From positions 1,536,001 to 1,600,000 of the forward strand of contig CAVVXN010000005.1 in NCBI GenBank assembly GCA_963752285.1: 64,000 nt of DNA, read 5' to 3'. Source of the DNA: an uncultured Planctomycetota bacterium. Its GTDB lineage: Bacteria > Planctomycetota > PLA2 > JAEUHO01. Shown in pieces: positions 1 to 9,812 of the stretch; position 1 is the stretch's first letter, and every line of letters begins with the position of its first letter. The notes under the pieces were generated by a model, which made no database searches, was not told the DNA's origin, and saw nothing but the letters and a program-made list of their open reading frames with translations. The position numbers and the translations under genes are program-made.

Positions 1-606
1 CCCGCGGTCGCGCAGGGGTGCCGTCCGCTCGGCCCCTCGCTCGTCGTCACCGCGTGCGACGGACCGATGCTCACGGGTCTCGACGACACGACCGCACTCG
101 CGGCGCTCCGCCGGACCCTCGAGGACGCCGCGCGGGCCGGCGAGGGGTTGGAGGGGCGGCCCCTGCTCGTCGGGGTGGGCGTGGACCCCTTCACGGAGAC
201 GGAGGAGGGCCCCTGGCTCGTGCGGCCCGTGCTCGGGATGGACGCACGGGCGGAGGCGCTCGTGGTGGGCGCGTCCCTCGCACGGGGCCGTCGCATCCGG
301 TTCCACCTGCGCGACAAGAAGACGAGCCACGACGACCTCGAGCGCACGCTCGCCGGCGTGGACCGCGCGGTCGGCGCGTCGCCACGGGCCGCCCTCCTCT
401 TCTCGTGCGTGGGTCGAGGGACGCCGCTCTATGGCCGGCCCGACCACGACTCCGAGCGTCTCCGCGCCCGGTTCGGCGACCTCCCGATCGGCGGGTTCTT
501 CGGCCACGGCGAGATCGGACCCGTGGGACGTCAGACCTACCTGCACGGATTCACGTCGGCGATCGCGTTGATCGAACGTCGCGCCGACCGATCGCCGACC
601 GCGTAG
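1..606 (+). CDS. FIST (NosP-like) domain protein, C-terminal part; 5' end lies outside the window
   Basis: Frame is open from base 1 and reads PAVAQGCRPLG (FIST_C start motif); also LLFSCVGRG, GGFFGHGEIGP and YLHGFTS. Confidence 0.9.
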   Translation, partial: PAVAQGCRPLGPSLVVTACDGPMLTGLDDTTALAALRRTLEDAARAGEGLEGRPLLVGVGVDPFTETEEGPWLVRPVLGMDARAEALVVGASLARGRRIRFHLRDKKTSHDDLERTLAGVDRAVGASPRAALLFSCVGRGTPLYGRPDHDSERLRARFGDLPIGGFFGHGEIGPVGRQTYLHGFTSAIALIERRADRSPTA

Positions 607-648
607 AATCCCGCGTCCGGGGCGCGCTCCGTCCCGGGGGAGGCGACG

Positions 649-1146
649 ATGGCGACGATCACGTTGAAGGGGACCCCCTACCAGACGGTCGGCAACCTGC
701 CGGAGATCGGCGAGGTCGTGCCGGCCTTCGAGCTGGTCCGCCAGGACCTCGCGGTCGTCACGCTCGCGACGTACGGGGGGAAGAAGAAGGTGCTGAACGT
801 CTTCCCGAGCCTCGACACGGCGGTGTGCGCGCTCTCCGTGAAGCGGTTCAACGAGAGGGCCGGGTCCCGACCGGGCGTCGCGGTGCTCGACATCTCGGCC
901 GACCTACCCTTCGCGGCGAAGCGGTTCTGCGTGTCCGAGGGGATCGCCGGCGTCGAGACGCTCTCGACGTTTCGGAGCCGCTTCGCCGAGGACTACGGCG
1001 TGCTCATCACCACCGGCCCCCTCGCCGGCCTCTGCTCGCGGGCCGTCCTGGTGCTCGACGAGGGGAACCGCGTCCGGTACGCGGAGCAGGTCCCGGAGAT
1101 CGCACAGGAGCCCGACTACGACGCGGCCCTCGCCGCGCTCGACTGA
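649..1146 (+). CDS. tpx: Thiol peroxidase (atypical 2-Cys peroxiredoxin)
   Basis: VFPSLDTAVC, ISADLPFAAKRFC, EQVPEIAQEPDYDAAL; GGAGG SD upstream. Confidence 0.95.
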   Translation: MATITLKGTPYQTVGNLPEIGEVVPAFELVRQDLAVVTLATYGGKKKVLNVFPSLDTAVCALSVKRFNERAGSRPGVAVLDISADLPFAAKRFCVSEGIAGVETLSTFRSRFAEDYGVLITTGPLAGLCSRAVLVLDEGNRVRYAEQVPEIAQEPDYDAALAALD

Positions 1147-1223
1147 CGCGCTCCTCGCACCCCGGGGCCGGTTCGCGACGCTCGCCGCGCCGGTATCGTG
1201 CCGGCTCCCGCGCGGAGAGCCCC

Positions 1224-1940
1224 ATGGACGAGTCGGCGGCCGCTCGGCCGTCCCGAGCGCGTTGGTGGGTGCGCGTCGAGGACGCGGTCCTCGCCGTCTG
1301 GGTGGCCGTCGTCGCGCCCGCGCTGTTCGCGAGCGGGCCCGCCCCCGCCGGCCCGTTCGAGCCCGGACGGCCGATCGACGGCTTGCTGGGCCTCGGCGCG
1401 GTGCTCGGCGTCGCCGTGTGCCTCGCGCTGCGCCGTCCGGACGCCCCGCAGGGGCGGGGCTCCTCCTCGTGGGGCGCGGTCGGACCACTCGTGGGCGGGC
1501 TCCTCCTGGTCGTCGTGCACGCGACGACCTCGCTCGGCATGTCGGGTGGTCTCGTCTTCGCGACGGCGCTCGTGTTCGCCGCCGTCGCGCTCGTCGCCCG
1601 GCGACGGTGGCCCGCGCCGTCCGCGGCGTTCCGGCGCGCGCTCGTCACGCCGTACCTCGCGGTGGCCGGCGGCATGTTCTGGGACGTGATCGCGGGCGTC
1701 ACCTCGGGCGGCGAGCTGCCCGCGCAGATCCGCCGCGCCGCCGCCTCCGACCTCGGTGCGGTGCTCCCGATCGTCGGGTTCCTCCTCCTGTACTCGGCGG
1801 TCCACTACGCGATGCTCGTCTTCGCCCCGCGCCAGGTCGCGGAGCGCGAGGGCGGCGTGGTCGTCTGGTTGGTGCGCTACGCCGTCTTCGCCGCGAGCCT
1901 GCTCCTCGGCGCGGGATGGCTCGTCGTGCTCGCCGGCTGA
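1224..1940 (+). CDS. Hypothetical multi-pass membrane protein
   Basis: 3' part of ORF 18..1940 from ATG 1224 (MDESAAAR); about 7 hydrophobic segments. Confidence 0.7.
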   Translation: MDESAAARPSRARWWVRVEDAVLAVWVAVVAPALFASGPAPAGPFEPGRPIDGLLGLGAVLGVAVCLALRRPDAPQGRGSSSWGAVGPLVGGLLLVVVHATTSLGMSGGLVFATALVFAAVALVARRRWPAPSAAFRRALVTPYLAVAGGMFWDVIAGVTSGGELPAQIRRAAASDLGAVLPIVGFLLLYSAVHYAMLVFAPRQVAEREGGVVVWLVRYAVFAASLLLGAGWLVVLAG

Positions 1941-1956
1941 TCCCCCGGCCGGACGC

Positions 1957-3357
1957 TCACCGGGCGAGGTTTTGGTTCACGTAGCCGGGCTCGCCGGTGA
2001 CGTCGCGGACGACGTACGGGGCGAGCCAGGGCGGAAACGTCACCGCCTCGTCGGGACGCTCGAGCTCGATCTCTGCGAGCACGAGATCGCGGTCGAGGAA
2101 CTCGTCCACCTCCCACGTGCGCGCGCCGGACGGGACGCGGTGCCGCCGCTTTCGAACCCGCGCGCCCTCCGTCAGCGGCCACAGGGCCTCGAACACGACC
2201 GCCGAGGTCTCCTCCTCCCACTCGGACCGCACGACGCCGCTTCCCGCCTTGATCGTGCGCGTGCAGGTCGTGGTCGCGCCGCGGCGGGCGCGGCGCACCC
2301 GTTCGCGCACGGTCCGCCCGGGAAGCCAGCCCTGGTCGATCTCGATCGCCTCCGCGTCCGAGGGCAGGTCGGGGAGGGAGGAGAGGAGGTACTTCCGTTC
2401 GATCTCGCGCGGGGGCGCCCCCGCGCGCAGGAGCGCCGCCGCGAGGTCGTCCACCCGTCCGAGGAGCGAGGGGAGGAGGTCCTCCTCCCCACCCGCGCGC
2501 CCGTGTGACCGGAGCTCCTCGAAGAGCCGCCGCGCCCGCTCGCGGCACCGGAGGAGGAGCGCCTCCGCGCCCGTGCGCTCGCCGGCGGCCAGGTCGGTGG
2601 CCCACCGCACGAGCGAGTCCTCGAGGACGTGCGCGTCGTGGAGGTCGCCGAGGACGTCCTGGAGGACCCTCAGGCGCTCGACGACGGCGTCGGCCTCCGG
2701 CAAGCGCCCGGCGGCCGGCTCGACCAGGTAGCGCAGTCGTTTCGCGAGGATCCGCGCGCGGTGGACCCGGCGGCGGTCCTCCGCGTCCTCGATCGCGAGG
2801 AGCTTCTTCGCCACCTTCCGCGCGGCCGCGCGCGCCTTCGGCGCGAGCGCGGTCGCGTACGTCGGGGGCGAGCCCCCGCCGTCGAGGCGCACCTCGACGC
2901 GGTAGCGCGCGAGGCGCCGCCGGAGCGCCTCTTCGATGGCGGAGAACCGCGCGGACCAGACGCCCGCCCCCGCCTCGGCGGCCCCGGCCCGCAGCCGACG
3001 GAGGCGCTCGGCGTACGCCTCACACCCGGGGCGCTCCTCCGAGTCGAGGTCGTCCTCCACCGTCCGCACCCACGCGAGCTGGACCTCGGCGTCGCGCCCC
3101 GCGCCCGTCTCGTCCTGGAACGCGCCAAGGGCGTCGCGACGGCGGCGCCCGACGTTCTCGAGGTCGCGCCGCCACGCCCGAAGCGTCGTACGGACCCGGC
3201 GGACCGCTACGCGGAGGTCGTGGAGCGCCGACGGGTCGTCCGTGTCGGCGAGACGACCGGCCGCGGCGCGCGCCTGGGCGAGCGACGCGAGCGCGACGCG
3301 GCGCGCGGCCTCCACGGCGGGGCGCAGGAGCAGGTCGCGGGGGAGGTCGTCGTCCAC
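1957..3357 (-). CDS. CHAD domain + CYTH (triphosphate tunnel metalloenzyme) fusion
   Basis: CHAD motifs LHDLRVAVRR, HRARILAKRLRY, LQDVLGDLHD; CYTH motifs EIERKYL, WEVDEF, LAEIEL, DVTGEPGYVN. Confidence 0.9.
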   Translation of the reverse strand: MDDDLPRDLLLRPAVEAARRVALASLAQARAAAGRLADTDDPSALHDLRVAVRRVRTTLRAWRRDLENVGRRRRDALGAFQDETGAGRDAEVQLAWVRTVEDDLDSEERPGCEAYAERLRRLRAGAAEAGAGVWSARFSAIEEALRRRLARYRVEVRLDGGGSPPTYATALAPKARAAARKVAKKLLAIEDAEDRRRVHRARILAKRLRYLVEPAAGRLPEADAVVERLRVLQDVLGDLHDAHVLEDSLVRWATDLAAGERTGAEALLLRCRERARRLFEELRSHGRAGGEEDLLPSLLGRVDDLAAALLRAGAPPREIERKYLLSSLPDLPSDAEAIEIDQGWLPGRTVRERVRRARRGATTTCTRTIKAGSGVVRSEWEEETSAVVFEALWPLTEGARVRKRRHRVPSGARTWEVDEFLDRDLVLAEIELERPDEAVTFPPWLAPYVVRDVTGEPGYVNQNLAR

Positions 3358-3376
3358 CGTCCGCGCCCTCCGGCTC

Positions 3377-6300
3377 TCAGGCCCACCGCACGAGGCGGTG
3401 GAGTGTCAGGTCGAGCCCCGTGGTCTCGCGCGGGCGGACGCGCAGCCCCCAGCGGTACGGGCCCGGTCGTTCGAGGCGGAGGCGTCCCTCGTAGCGGTGG
3501 ACGCCGTTCGCTCCGGGTCCCCGCGCGTCGAGGCGCCGCACGGTGAGGCTCTGCAAGTGGTCCGTCTCTTCGCTCTCGGACGATCTCGCGAGCACGAGCT
3601 CGACCGAGACGTCCGTCGGCCGGAGACCGTTCAGGGACAGGTCCACCTCCGCGTCCACGTAGTCGCCGACGCCCACGCCCTCCAGGTTGCCGATGCGCGT
3701 CGCCGCGATCCGCACCTCGTCCATCGCGTCGCGGAGCCGGCGGTGCTCGGCGGCCAGGGCCCGCGCGGCGGCGTAGCGACGGGACGAGAGGCGGGCGTGG
3801 TTCGCCGCGAGCGGACCGTAGGCCCGCCGCGCGTACTCCGAGACCATGCGGTCGGTGTCGAACACGGGCGGGATCGTGGCGAGCGCGTGCTTCACCCGCT
3901 CGACCCAGCGCCGCGGCACCCGGCCCTCGCGGTCGAAGAACGACGGCACCACCTCCGCCTCCAGCAGCGAGAAGATCGCCGACGCCTCGATCTCGTCCGC
4001 CGACGCGCGGTCGGCCGCCTCGGCGACGCCGTCGAGGGCCCAGCCGTTCATGCCGTCGTGGCCCTCCACCCACCACCCGTCGAGGACGGAGAGGTTGAGC
4101 CCGCCGTTCGCCGCCACCTTCATCCCCGACGTGCCGCTCGCCTCCAACGGAGGGATGGGATGGTTCAGCCACACGTCCGCGCCCTGCACGAGGAGGCGCG
4201 CGAGCGAGAGGTCGTAGTTGGGGACGAAGAACACCCTTCCGCGCAGCCGCGGGTCGCGCGTCGCCGCGACGACGGCACGCACGAGGCCCTGTCCGAGCCC
4301 GTCGTCCGGGTGCGCCTTGCCCGCGAAGACGAGGCGGACGGGGCGGTCCTCGTCGCCGAGCAAGCGCGCCAGGCGGTCGGGGTCGCCGAGGAGCAGCGTG
4401 GGGCGCTTGTAGGGCGAGAAGCGCCGCGCGAACACGAGGTACAGCGCGTCCGACCGGAGCCCCTCCCGCTCGCGCGCGATCTTCCTCGCCTCGCCCCGGG
4501 CGAGCGCGGCGGCCTCGAGGCGCTGGCCGAGACCGTCGAGCATCCGCTCCCGGGCCCGGCAGCGCGCGGTCCACACGGCCTCGTCCGGGAGACCCGGAGC
4601 GCCTGCGAAATCGGCGGCCGTGACCGCGCGGCCCTCCGCACCGAGCAGGCTCGCGATCTCCGGGCTCGTCCACGTCGGCAGGTGGATCCCGTTCGTGATC
4701 GACTCGACGGGGAGCTCGTTCTCGAGGAGGCCCGGCCAGAACGGGTGCAGCAGCCGCCGCGAGACCTCGCCGTGCCGGCGGCTCACGCCGTTGATCCACG
4801 ACGCGAACGACATGGCGAGGTACGTCATGTTGAAGGGGCCGCCCTGGCCGGGCGCGCGGCCCGAGGCGAGGAACCGCTCCCACGACAGGCCCGTCCACGC
4901 GGGCGTGTCGCCGAAGTGACGACGCACGAGGTCTTCGTCGAAGGTGTCGTGTCCGGCGGGGACGGGTGTGTGCGTGGTGAACGCCGTGGTCGCGCGCACG
5001 ACGGCCCACGCCTCGTCCGGCGCGAGGTTCTCCTCGTGCACGAGGTGCGCGACGCGCTCGAGCGGCGCGAAGCCGGCGTGCCCCTCGTTCAGGTGCAGCA
5101 CGGCAGGGTCGAGCCCGAGGCGGCCGAGGAGCCGGATGCCGCCCTTGCCGAGGAGGATCTCCTGCAGGAGGCGGTGCTCGCGGTCGCCCGAGTAGAGGCG
5201 ACGCGTGAGCTCGCGGTCCGCGGGCCGGTTGTCGGGCTGGTCCGCGTCCAGGAGGTAGAGCGGGACGCGCCCGACGTCCGCGCGCCAGGCGAAGAGAACG
5301 ACCTGCCGGTCGAGGAGGCCGACCTCGACCTGGAGCGGCTCGCCGTCGGCGCCGCGGACCCGCCGGAGCGGGAGCTCCCTCGGGTCGTCGTGCGAGGCGC
5401 GGGTCAGCGCCTCGCCGTGCGGCGAGATCTCCTGCTCGCCGTAGCCGCCGCGGTAGAGGAGCCCCACCGCGACGAGCGGGAGGTCGAGGTCGGAAGCCGA
5501 CTTCAGGTGGTCGCCGGCGAGCACGCCGAGACCGCCGGCGTAGCCGTGGAGCGACGGATGGAGCGCGTACTCGAACGAGAAGTACGCGACCGGGCGCTTG
5601 CGGTCGAGCACCGCGCCCTCGCCGAGGTCCACCTCGGCGCGCGCGCTCGAGACGTACGCGTCGAAGCGGCCGACGACCGCGGCGAGCCGCGCGCAGAACG
5701 CCGCGTCCGCCGCGAGGGCCTCGAGGCGCTCGGGGAGGACGCGGTCGAGCAGCGCGAGCGGGTTCGCCTGCGTGCGCGTCCAGAGTTCCGGGTCGATCCC
5801 TCGGAACAGCGCGCGCGCGTCCACGTCCCACGTCCACCACAGGTTCCGCGCCAGGCGGTCCAGGTCGGCGAGGGCCGCGGGCAGCCGGGCCTCGACCCGG
5901 AACGGGACGAGGCGGGGTCGGGGGCTCTCCGCGAGGGGCTGCGGCGTCAACGACACGCGCCGGCGCTGCGGCACGAGCGGCTCGCGCGCGCCGCGGTCGC
6001 GCGCCAGGTCGAGCGCGTGGTCGAACGCGTCCTGGTAGAAGAGGACCAGGTCGGACCAGGCGAGCTGGCGTGCGGTCCTCCGGCACGCGGCGGCGATCTT
6101 CTCGCGGTCGGGCGCGCTCTCTGTCCGGCGCTCGATCACGTCCGCGAGGTCCTTCGCCGCATCCGCGTCCGAGCGCTCGTAGCGCGCGAGCACGTGGACG
6201 CCCGCGTCCTCGCCGAGCCCCTCCTGCGCGGCCCAGCCGCCGAACCCCGCGCAGTCGGTCGTCACGGTCGGGACGCCCACCGCGATGCACTCGGCGGGCG

Positions 6301-7600
6301 TGTAGCCCCACGGCTCGTAGAACGAGGGGTAGGCGCCGAGGTCCATCGCCTTGAGCACGGTCTCGTACGGCAGGTCCAGGAGGCCGTCGTGCCCGTCGAG
6401 GTACACGGGGACCTGCACGATCTTCACGCGCCGTCCCGTCTCGTTTCGCAGGCCGAGCTCACGCGCGAGGGCCTGGACGGGGTCGCGGTCCGCGTCCACG
6501 AGGTCGTGGGTCGAGAGCCCGAGCGGGGCCGCGGGCTCGAGCCCCGGGTCCTGGACGCGGTCCTTCACGTCGCGCTTGAGCCCGGTCGTGCTCGAGGGAA
6601 CGAGGAGGAACGCGACGATCGGCCGGCCGGCCGCGCCGTCGAGCCGTGCGAGCGCCTGGAGCAGGAGGTCGATGCCCTTGTTGTGCACCTCGTAGCGGCC
6701 CGAGATGCACACGTAGAAGGCGTCCTTCGCGTCCTCGCCCGTGACCGCGTACGCGACCTGGCGGAGCCGCGCGCGCACGTCGTCGAACGGCGCCGCGGAG
6801 GCGAGCTGGTCGATCACGTCCAGGTCGAGGCCGTTCGGCAGGAGCGGCACGGGCTCGCGCCGGTGGAACAGGCGGGCCTCCTCGGCGGTGATGCGGCTGA
6901 CCGTCGAGAAGACGTCCGCGGCGCGGGCCGCGGATCCCTCCATGGAGTGCTTCGAGCTGACCCCCTGCTCCTTCGCGACCTCCTCCGGCGTCTTGCCGTC
7001 GAGTCCCAGCACGGGCACGCGGCCCGCGCTGGCCAGGGCCCGGCCGAGCACCGTCGCGTGGGTCAAGAACACCGTGCCGACCGCGGGGAGGTGCTCCTTC
7101 AGGTAGAGCATGCCCGCGCCGCTCATCCACTCGTGGAAGAGCGCGACGGCGGGAAGGCGCCGTGGCGCGACGACCTCGTGCCACCAGCGGTCGAGCGCGA
7201 TGCCCGCCGCGTGGGCGAAGAGGACGGGCTCGACGTAGTCCCAGCCTCCGAAGAGGGAGTCCACGCCGTAGCGCTCCCAGAGGCCCGCGAGGATCGTGTC
7301 CTTCAGCGCGAAGAGTCCGGAGAAGCCCACCAGGATCGTGCGCGGGCGCCCCGCGATCAGCCAGCGGCCCACGCGCGCCTCGACGCCCGCCTCGCGGCAC
7401 GCCTCGCGCACCTCCTCGAAGCCCGGTTCCTCCTCGAAGGGCACGCGCCGCGTCCGGTCGTCGCCGAGGAGCGGCCCGATCGCCACGTAGTCGTCGCCGT
7501 GGCGCGCGACCATCGTGGGCGCGCGACTCGCGACGACGGTGTGGATCCCGCCGACCTTGTTCGCGACCTCCCAGCTCACCTCGAAGACCGCGTGGCTCAC
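3377..7600 (-). CDS. glgP: Fused GT3 glycogen synthase + alpha-glucan phosphorylase (GT35)
   Basis: N-half FEVSWEVANKVGGI, HEWMSG, SGRYEVHNKG, PSFYEPWGYTPAEC; C-half NLWWTW, YAGGLGVLAGDHLK, HLNEGH, FARRFSPYKR, PLP motif EASGTSGMK. Confidence 0.93.
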   Translation of the reverse strand: MSHAVFEVSWEVANKVGGIHTVVASRAPTMVARHGDDYVAIGPLLGDDRTRRVPFEEEPGFEEVREACREAGVEARVGRWLIAGRPRTILVGFSGLFALKDTILAGLWERYGVDSLFGGWDYVEPVLFAHAAGIALDRWWHEVVAPRRLPAVALFHEWMSGAGMLYLKEHLPAVGTVFLTHATVLGRALASAGRVPVLGLDGKTPEEVAKEQGVSSKHSMEGSAARAADVFSTVSRITAEEARLFHRREPVPLLPNGLDLDVIDQLASAAPFDDVRARLRQVAYAVTGEDAKDAFYVCISGRYEVHNKGIDLLLQALARLDGAAGRPIVAFLLVPSSTTGLKRDVKDRVQDPGLEPAAPLGLSTHDLVDADRDPVQALARELGLRNETGRRVKIVQVPVYLDGHDGLLDLPYETVLKAMDLGAYPSFYEPWGYTPAECIAVGVPTVTTDCAGFGGWAAQEGLGEDAGVHVLARYERSDADAAKDLADVIERRTESAPDREKIAAACRRTARQLAWSDLVLFYQDAFDHALDLARDRGAREPLVPQRRRVSLTPQPLAESPRPRLVPFRVEARLPAALADLDRLARNLWWTWDVDARALFRGIDPELWTRTQANPLALLDRVLPERLEALAADAAFCARLAAVVGRFDAYVSSARAEVDLGEGAVLDRKRPVAYFSFEYALHPSLHGYAGGLGVLAGDHLKSASDLDLPLVAVGLLYRGGYGEQEISPHGEALTRASHDDPRELPLRRVRGADGEPLQVEVGLLDRQVVLFAWRADVGRVPLYLLDADQPDNRPADRELTRRLYSGDREHRLLQEILLGKGGIRLLGRLGLDPAVLHLNEGHAGFAPLERVAHLVHEENLAPDEAWAVVRATTAFTTHTPVPAGHDTFDEDLVRRHFGDTPAWTGLSWERFLASGRAPGQGGPFNMTYLAMSFASWINGVSRRHGEVSRRLLHPFWPGLLENELPVESITNGIHLPTWTSPEIASLLGAEGRAVTAADFAGAPGLPDEAVWTARCRARERMLDGLGQRLEAAALARGEARKIAREREGLRSDALYLVFARRFSPYKRPTLLLGDPDRLARLLGDEDRPVRLVFAGKAHPDDGLGQGLVRAVVAATRDPRLRGRVFFVPNYDLSLARLLVQGADVWLNHPIPPLEASGTSGMKVAANGGLNLSVLDGWWVEGHDGMNGWALDGVAEAADRASADEIEASAIFSLLEAEVVPSFFDREGRVPRRWVERVKHALATIPPVFDTDRMVSEYARRAYGPLAANHARLSSRRYAAARALAAEHRRLRDAMDEVRIAATRIGNLEGVGVGDYVDAEVDLSLNGLRPTDVSVELVLARSSESEETDHLQSLTVRRLDARGPGANGVHRYEGRLRLERPGPYRWGLRVRPRETTGLDLTLHRLVRWA

Positions 7601-7727
7601 GGGCGCGCTCCATACCCCCCCCGAGGGTCCGGGACGCTCGAGGGGAACGGAGCGGAGGAGCGGAGCGCGCGGCGCGCCACGCGCGCGCTCGTCCGCACCA
7701 GGGACACCCGTCGCCGCGCGGAGAGCT

Positions 7728-9725
7728 TCATCGGACGCCGTCCTCCAGGAGAGAGAGCGCGCGCAGGAGCTCGCCGACGCTCCACGCCTGGGCGACCGCG
7801 CCCCGCGGCCGGTGCGGCGCGTCGCCGTCGAACGCCTCGGAGACCTGGAGCAGCCCGGCCTCGTCCACCACGTGCGGACGAAACGCGTCGATGAGCGCCC
7901 GCAGCGCGGTCCGCCGCCGCCGGGTCGCGCCGTGGGCGCGGAGTGACGCCTCGACGTAGAAGCCGAGGAGCCACGGCCACACGGTCCCCTGGTGGTACGC
8001 GCCGTCGCGGTCCGCGGGCCCGCCCTCGTACCGCCCCCGGTAGCGCGGGTCGTCGGGCGCGAGGGTGCGAAGCCCGCGCGGCGTCAGCAGGCGAGCGTCC
8101 GCCACCGCGAGGATCGAGGCGCGCATCCGCCTCGTGAGGGGGCTCGGGTCGAGTGCGGCGGCGATCACCATGTTGGGCCGGACGCTCGCGTCCTGGACGC
8201 CGTCCTTCCAGACGTCGGCCAGGTGGCCGGCCTCCGGCATCCAGAACCGGTCGAGGAACGCGCGGCGCGCGCGGCGTCGCACCTCGTCGAAGCGGCGGGC
8301 GGCCTTCGCGTCGCCCTCGGCCCGCGCGAAGCGCACGAGCAGATGGAGCATCTGGTACCAGAGGGCGTTCACCTCCACCGGACATCCGTCGCGGGGCGTC
8401 ACCGGCCGACCGTGGACCCGCGCGTCCATCCACGTGACGTTGGCGTCGGCCGAGCCGACGACGAGGAGTCCCTCGCGGTCGGCCCGCACGGGGGACGTCC
8501 CCGAGAGGTGGCGCAGCGCGATCTCCTCGAGGGCCGCGCGGAACGCTCGAACGACCCGCGCGGGCTCCCCGGCGACGCGTTCGAGGCGGCCGACGGCCGA
8601 GGCGAACCACAACGCGGCGTCGGCGGCGCCGTACGAGCTCGCCGCGGGCGTCCCGCCCAGGACGTTCGGCAGCGCGCCGTCGGAGAGGTACGGGAGGAGG
8701 CCCTCGAGCGCCGCGGCCGCCTCGGCGACGCGACCCCGCGCGAGGAGGAGGCCGGGGATCGAGATCGCGGTGTCTCGCCCCCACTCGGAGAACCACGGGT
8801 ACCCCGCGACGACCCCCGTCCGGCCGCCCGGCGCGCGCACCAGGAAGTCGTCGGCCGCCCGGTCGAGGAGCCCGCGGAGCCCCGGCCGGAGGGCGGCCCG
8901 CGCGGCGCGGCGGTCGGCGAGCGTCTCGGCGAAGAGGCGCCCGGGGTCCGCCGGCGCGTGATCGAGCGCCGCCGCCACCACGACCGCCTCGCCCGGTCGG
9001 AGTGCGACGTGGATCCAGCCCGGGGAGAACGCGTCCTCGTGCGCGTCGAACCCGCGCGCTCGCTCCTCGAGGAGCTCGACCCGGCGGTACCAGCAGGGCG
9101 CCGCCTCGAAGCGCGCGTCGCCGCCGCCGACGCGGAAGGCGAGGGCCGGGAGCTCGGGGTACGGCCTCACGACGATCTCGTCGCCGCGACGGAGGACGGA
9201 GGGGTCGAGGTGCGGGTTCTCGAACGTGAGCGCGTGCGCGTCCCGGAAGGCCAGGAGGGGACGGAGCGAGAGCTCGAGGGCCGAAACGTCGTTCGTCGCG
9301 GTGTAGCGGACGAGCACGCCGGGGCTCCCGCGGAGCCGCAGCACCTCGCGCGTCATGCCGAGGCCCGACCGCTCGTACCTCGCGACCGGGTGGGGCTCGA
9401 GCGAGAAGGAGCAGAGCGCCTGGTAGCCGTCGGGGTGCCACGTCCCCGGATAGCGTCCCGTGGACAGGTGCATCGCCTGACCGGGACCGCGGAGCACCTC
9501 CTCGTAGCGCGTCAGGAACACGTGGCGCGACCTCTGCCCCTCGGGCGTCGCGACGAGGAGGCCGTGGTACCGACGCGACGGGCAGAGCAGGACGGTGGAC
9601 GACGCGTAGCCGCCCTCGCCGTCCGTCTCGAGCCACTCGAGGGAGAGCCCGTCCTCGGGGGGCGCCCAGCGCGCGCGGCCGAACGACGCGAGGGCGTCGT
9701 CGGTGGCGGCGCGGGGATCGGGCAT
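7728..9725 (-). CDS. Glycogen debranching enzyme, amylo-alpha-1,6-glucosidase (GH133-type, GDE_N + GDE_C)
   Basis: EWLETDGEGGYASST, RRYHGLL, AGYPWFSEWGRDT, TWMDA, VEVNALWY, YHQGTVWPWL, AQAWSVGE. Confidence 0.93.
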   Translation of the reverse strand: MPDPRAATDDALASFGRARWAPPEDGLSLEWLETDGEGGYASSTVLLCPSRRYHGLLVATPEGQRSRHVFLTRYEEVLRGPGQAMHLSTGRYPGTWHPDGYQALCSFSLEPHPVARYERSGLGMTREVLRLRGSPGVLVRYTATNDVSALELSLRPLLAFRDAHALTFENPHLDPSVLRRGDEIVVRPYPELPALAFRVGGGDARFEAAPCWYRRVELLEERARGFDAHEDAFSPGWIHVALRPGEAVVVAAALDHAPADPGRLFAETLADRRAARAALRPGLRGLLDRAADDFLVRAPGGRTGVVAGYPWFSEWGRDTAISIPGLLLARGRVAEAAAALEGLLPYLSDGALPNVLGGTPAASSYGAADAALWFASAVGRLERVAGEPARVVRAFRAALEEIALRHLSGTSPVRADREGLLVVGSADANVTWMDARVHGRPVTPRDGCPVEVNALWYQMLHLLVRFARAEGDAKAARRFDEVRRRARRAFLDRFWMPEAGHLADVWKDGVQDASVRPNMVIAAALDPSPLTRRMRASILAVADARLLTPRGLRTLAPDDPRYRGRYEGGPADRDGAYHQGTVWPWLLGFYVEASLRAHGATRRRRTALRALIDAFRPHVVDEAGLLQVSEAFDGDAPHRPRGAVAQAWSVGELLRALSLLEDGVR

Positions 9726-9812
9726 TCGGGCACCTCCGTGAGGGCCAAGGAGGTCGCCCCTCCCCGACCCGTGGCGCCAAGGATGCCATGGCGCGCGCGG
9801 ACGCGCGGATCG

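Noticed and set aside
1..606. Functional link between the FIST/NosP-like NO sensor and the hzs-like genes
   Set aside because: They are 27 kb apart with unrelated genes between, and nothing in the sequence links them.
2936..7894. Very long antisense or alternate-frame ORFs (e.g. 2936..7894 +, 7992..10946 +, the 5' part of 16379..21784 +, 28578..30956 +)
   Set aside because: Shadow ORFs expected at very high GC; they are Arg/Pro/Ala/Gly-rich, carry no motifs, and overlap well-supported genes.
9772..9788. Quasi-palindromic TGGCGCCAAGGATGCCA with GG-N10-GC spacing on both strands, upstream of the debranching gene
   Set aside because: On the relevant minus strand the -12 element is GCGC rather than TTGC, too weak at this GC content.
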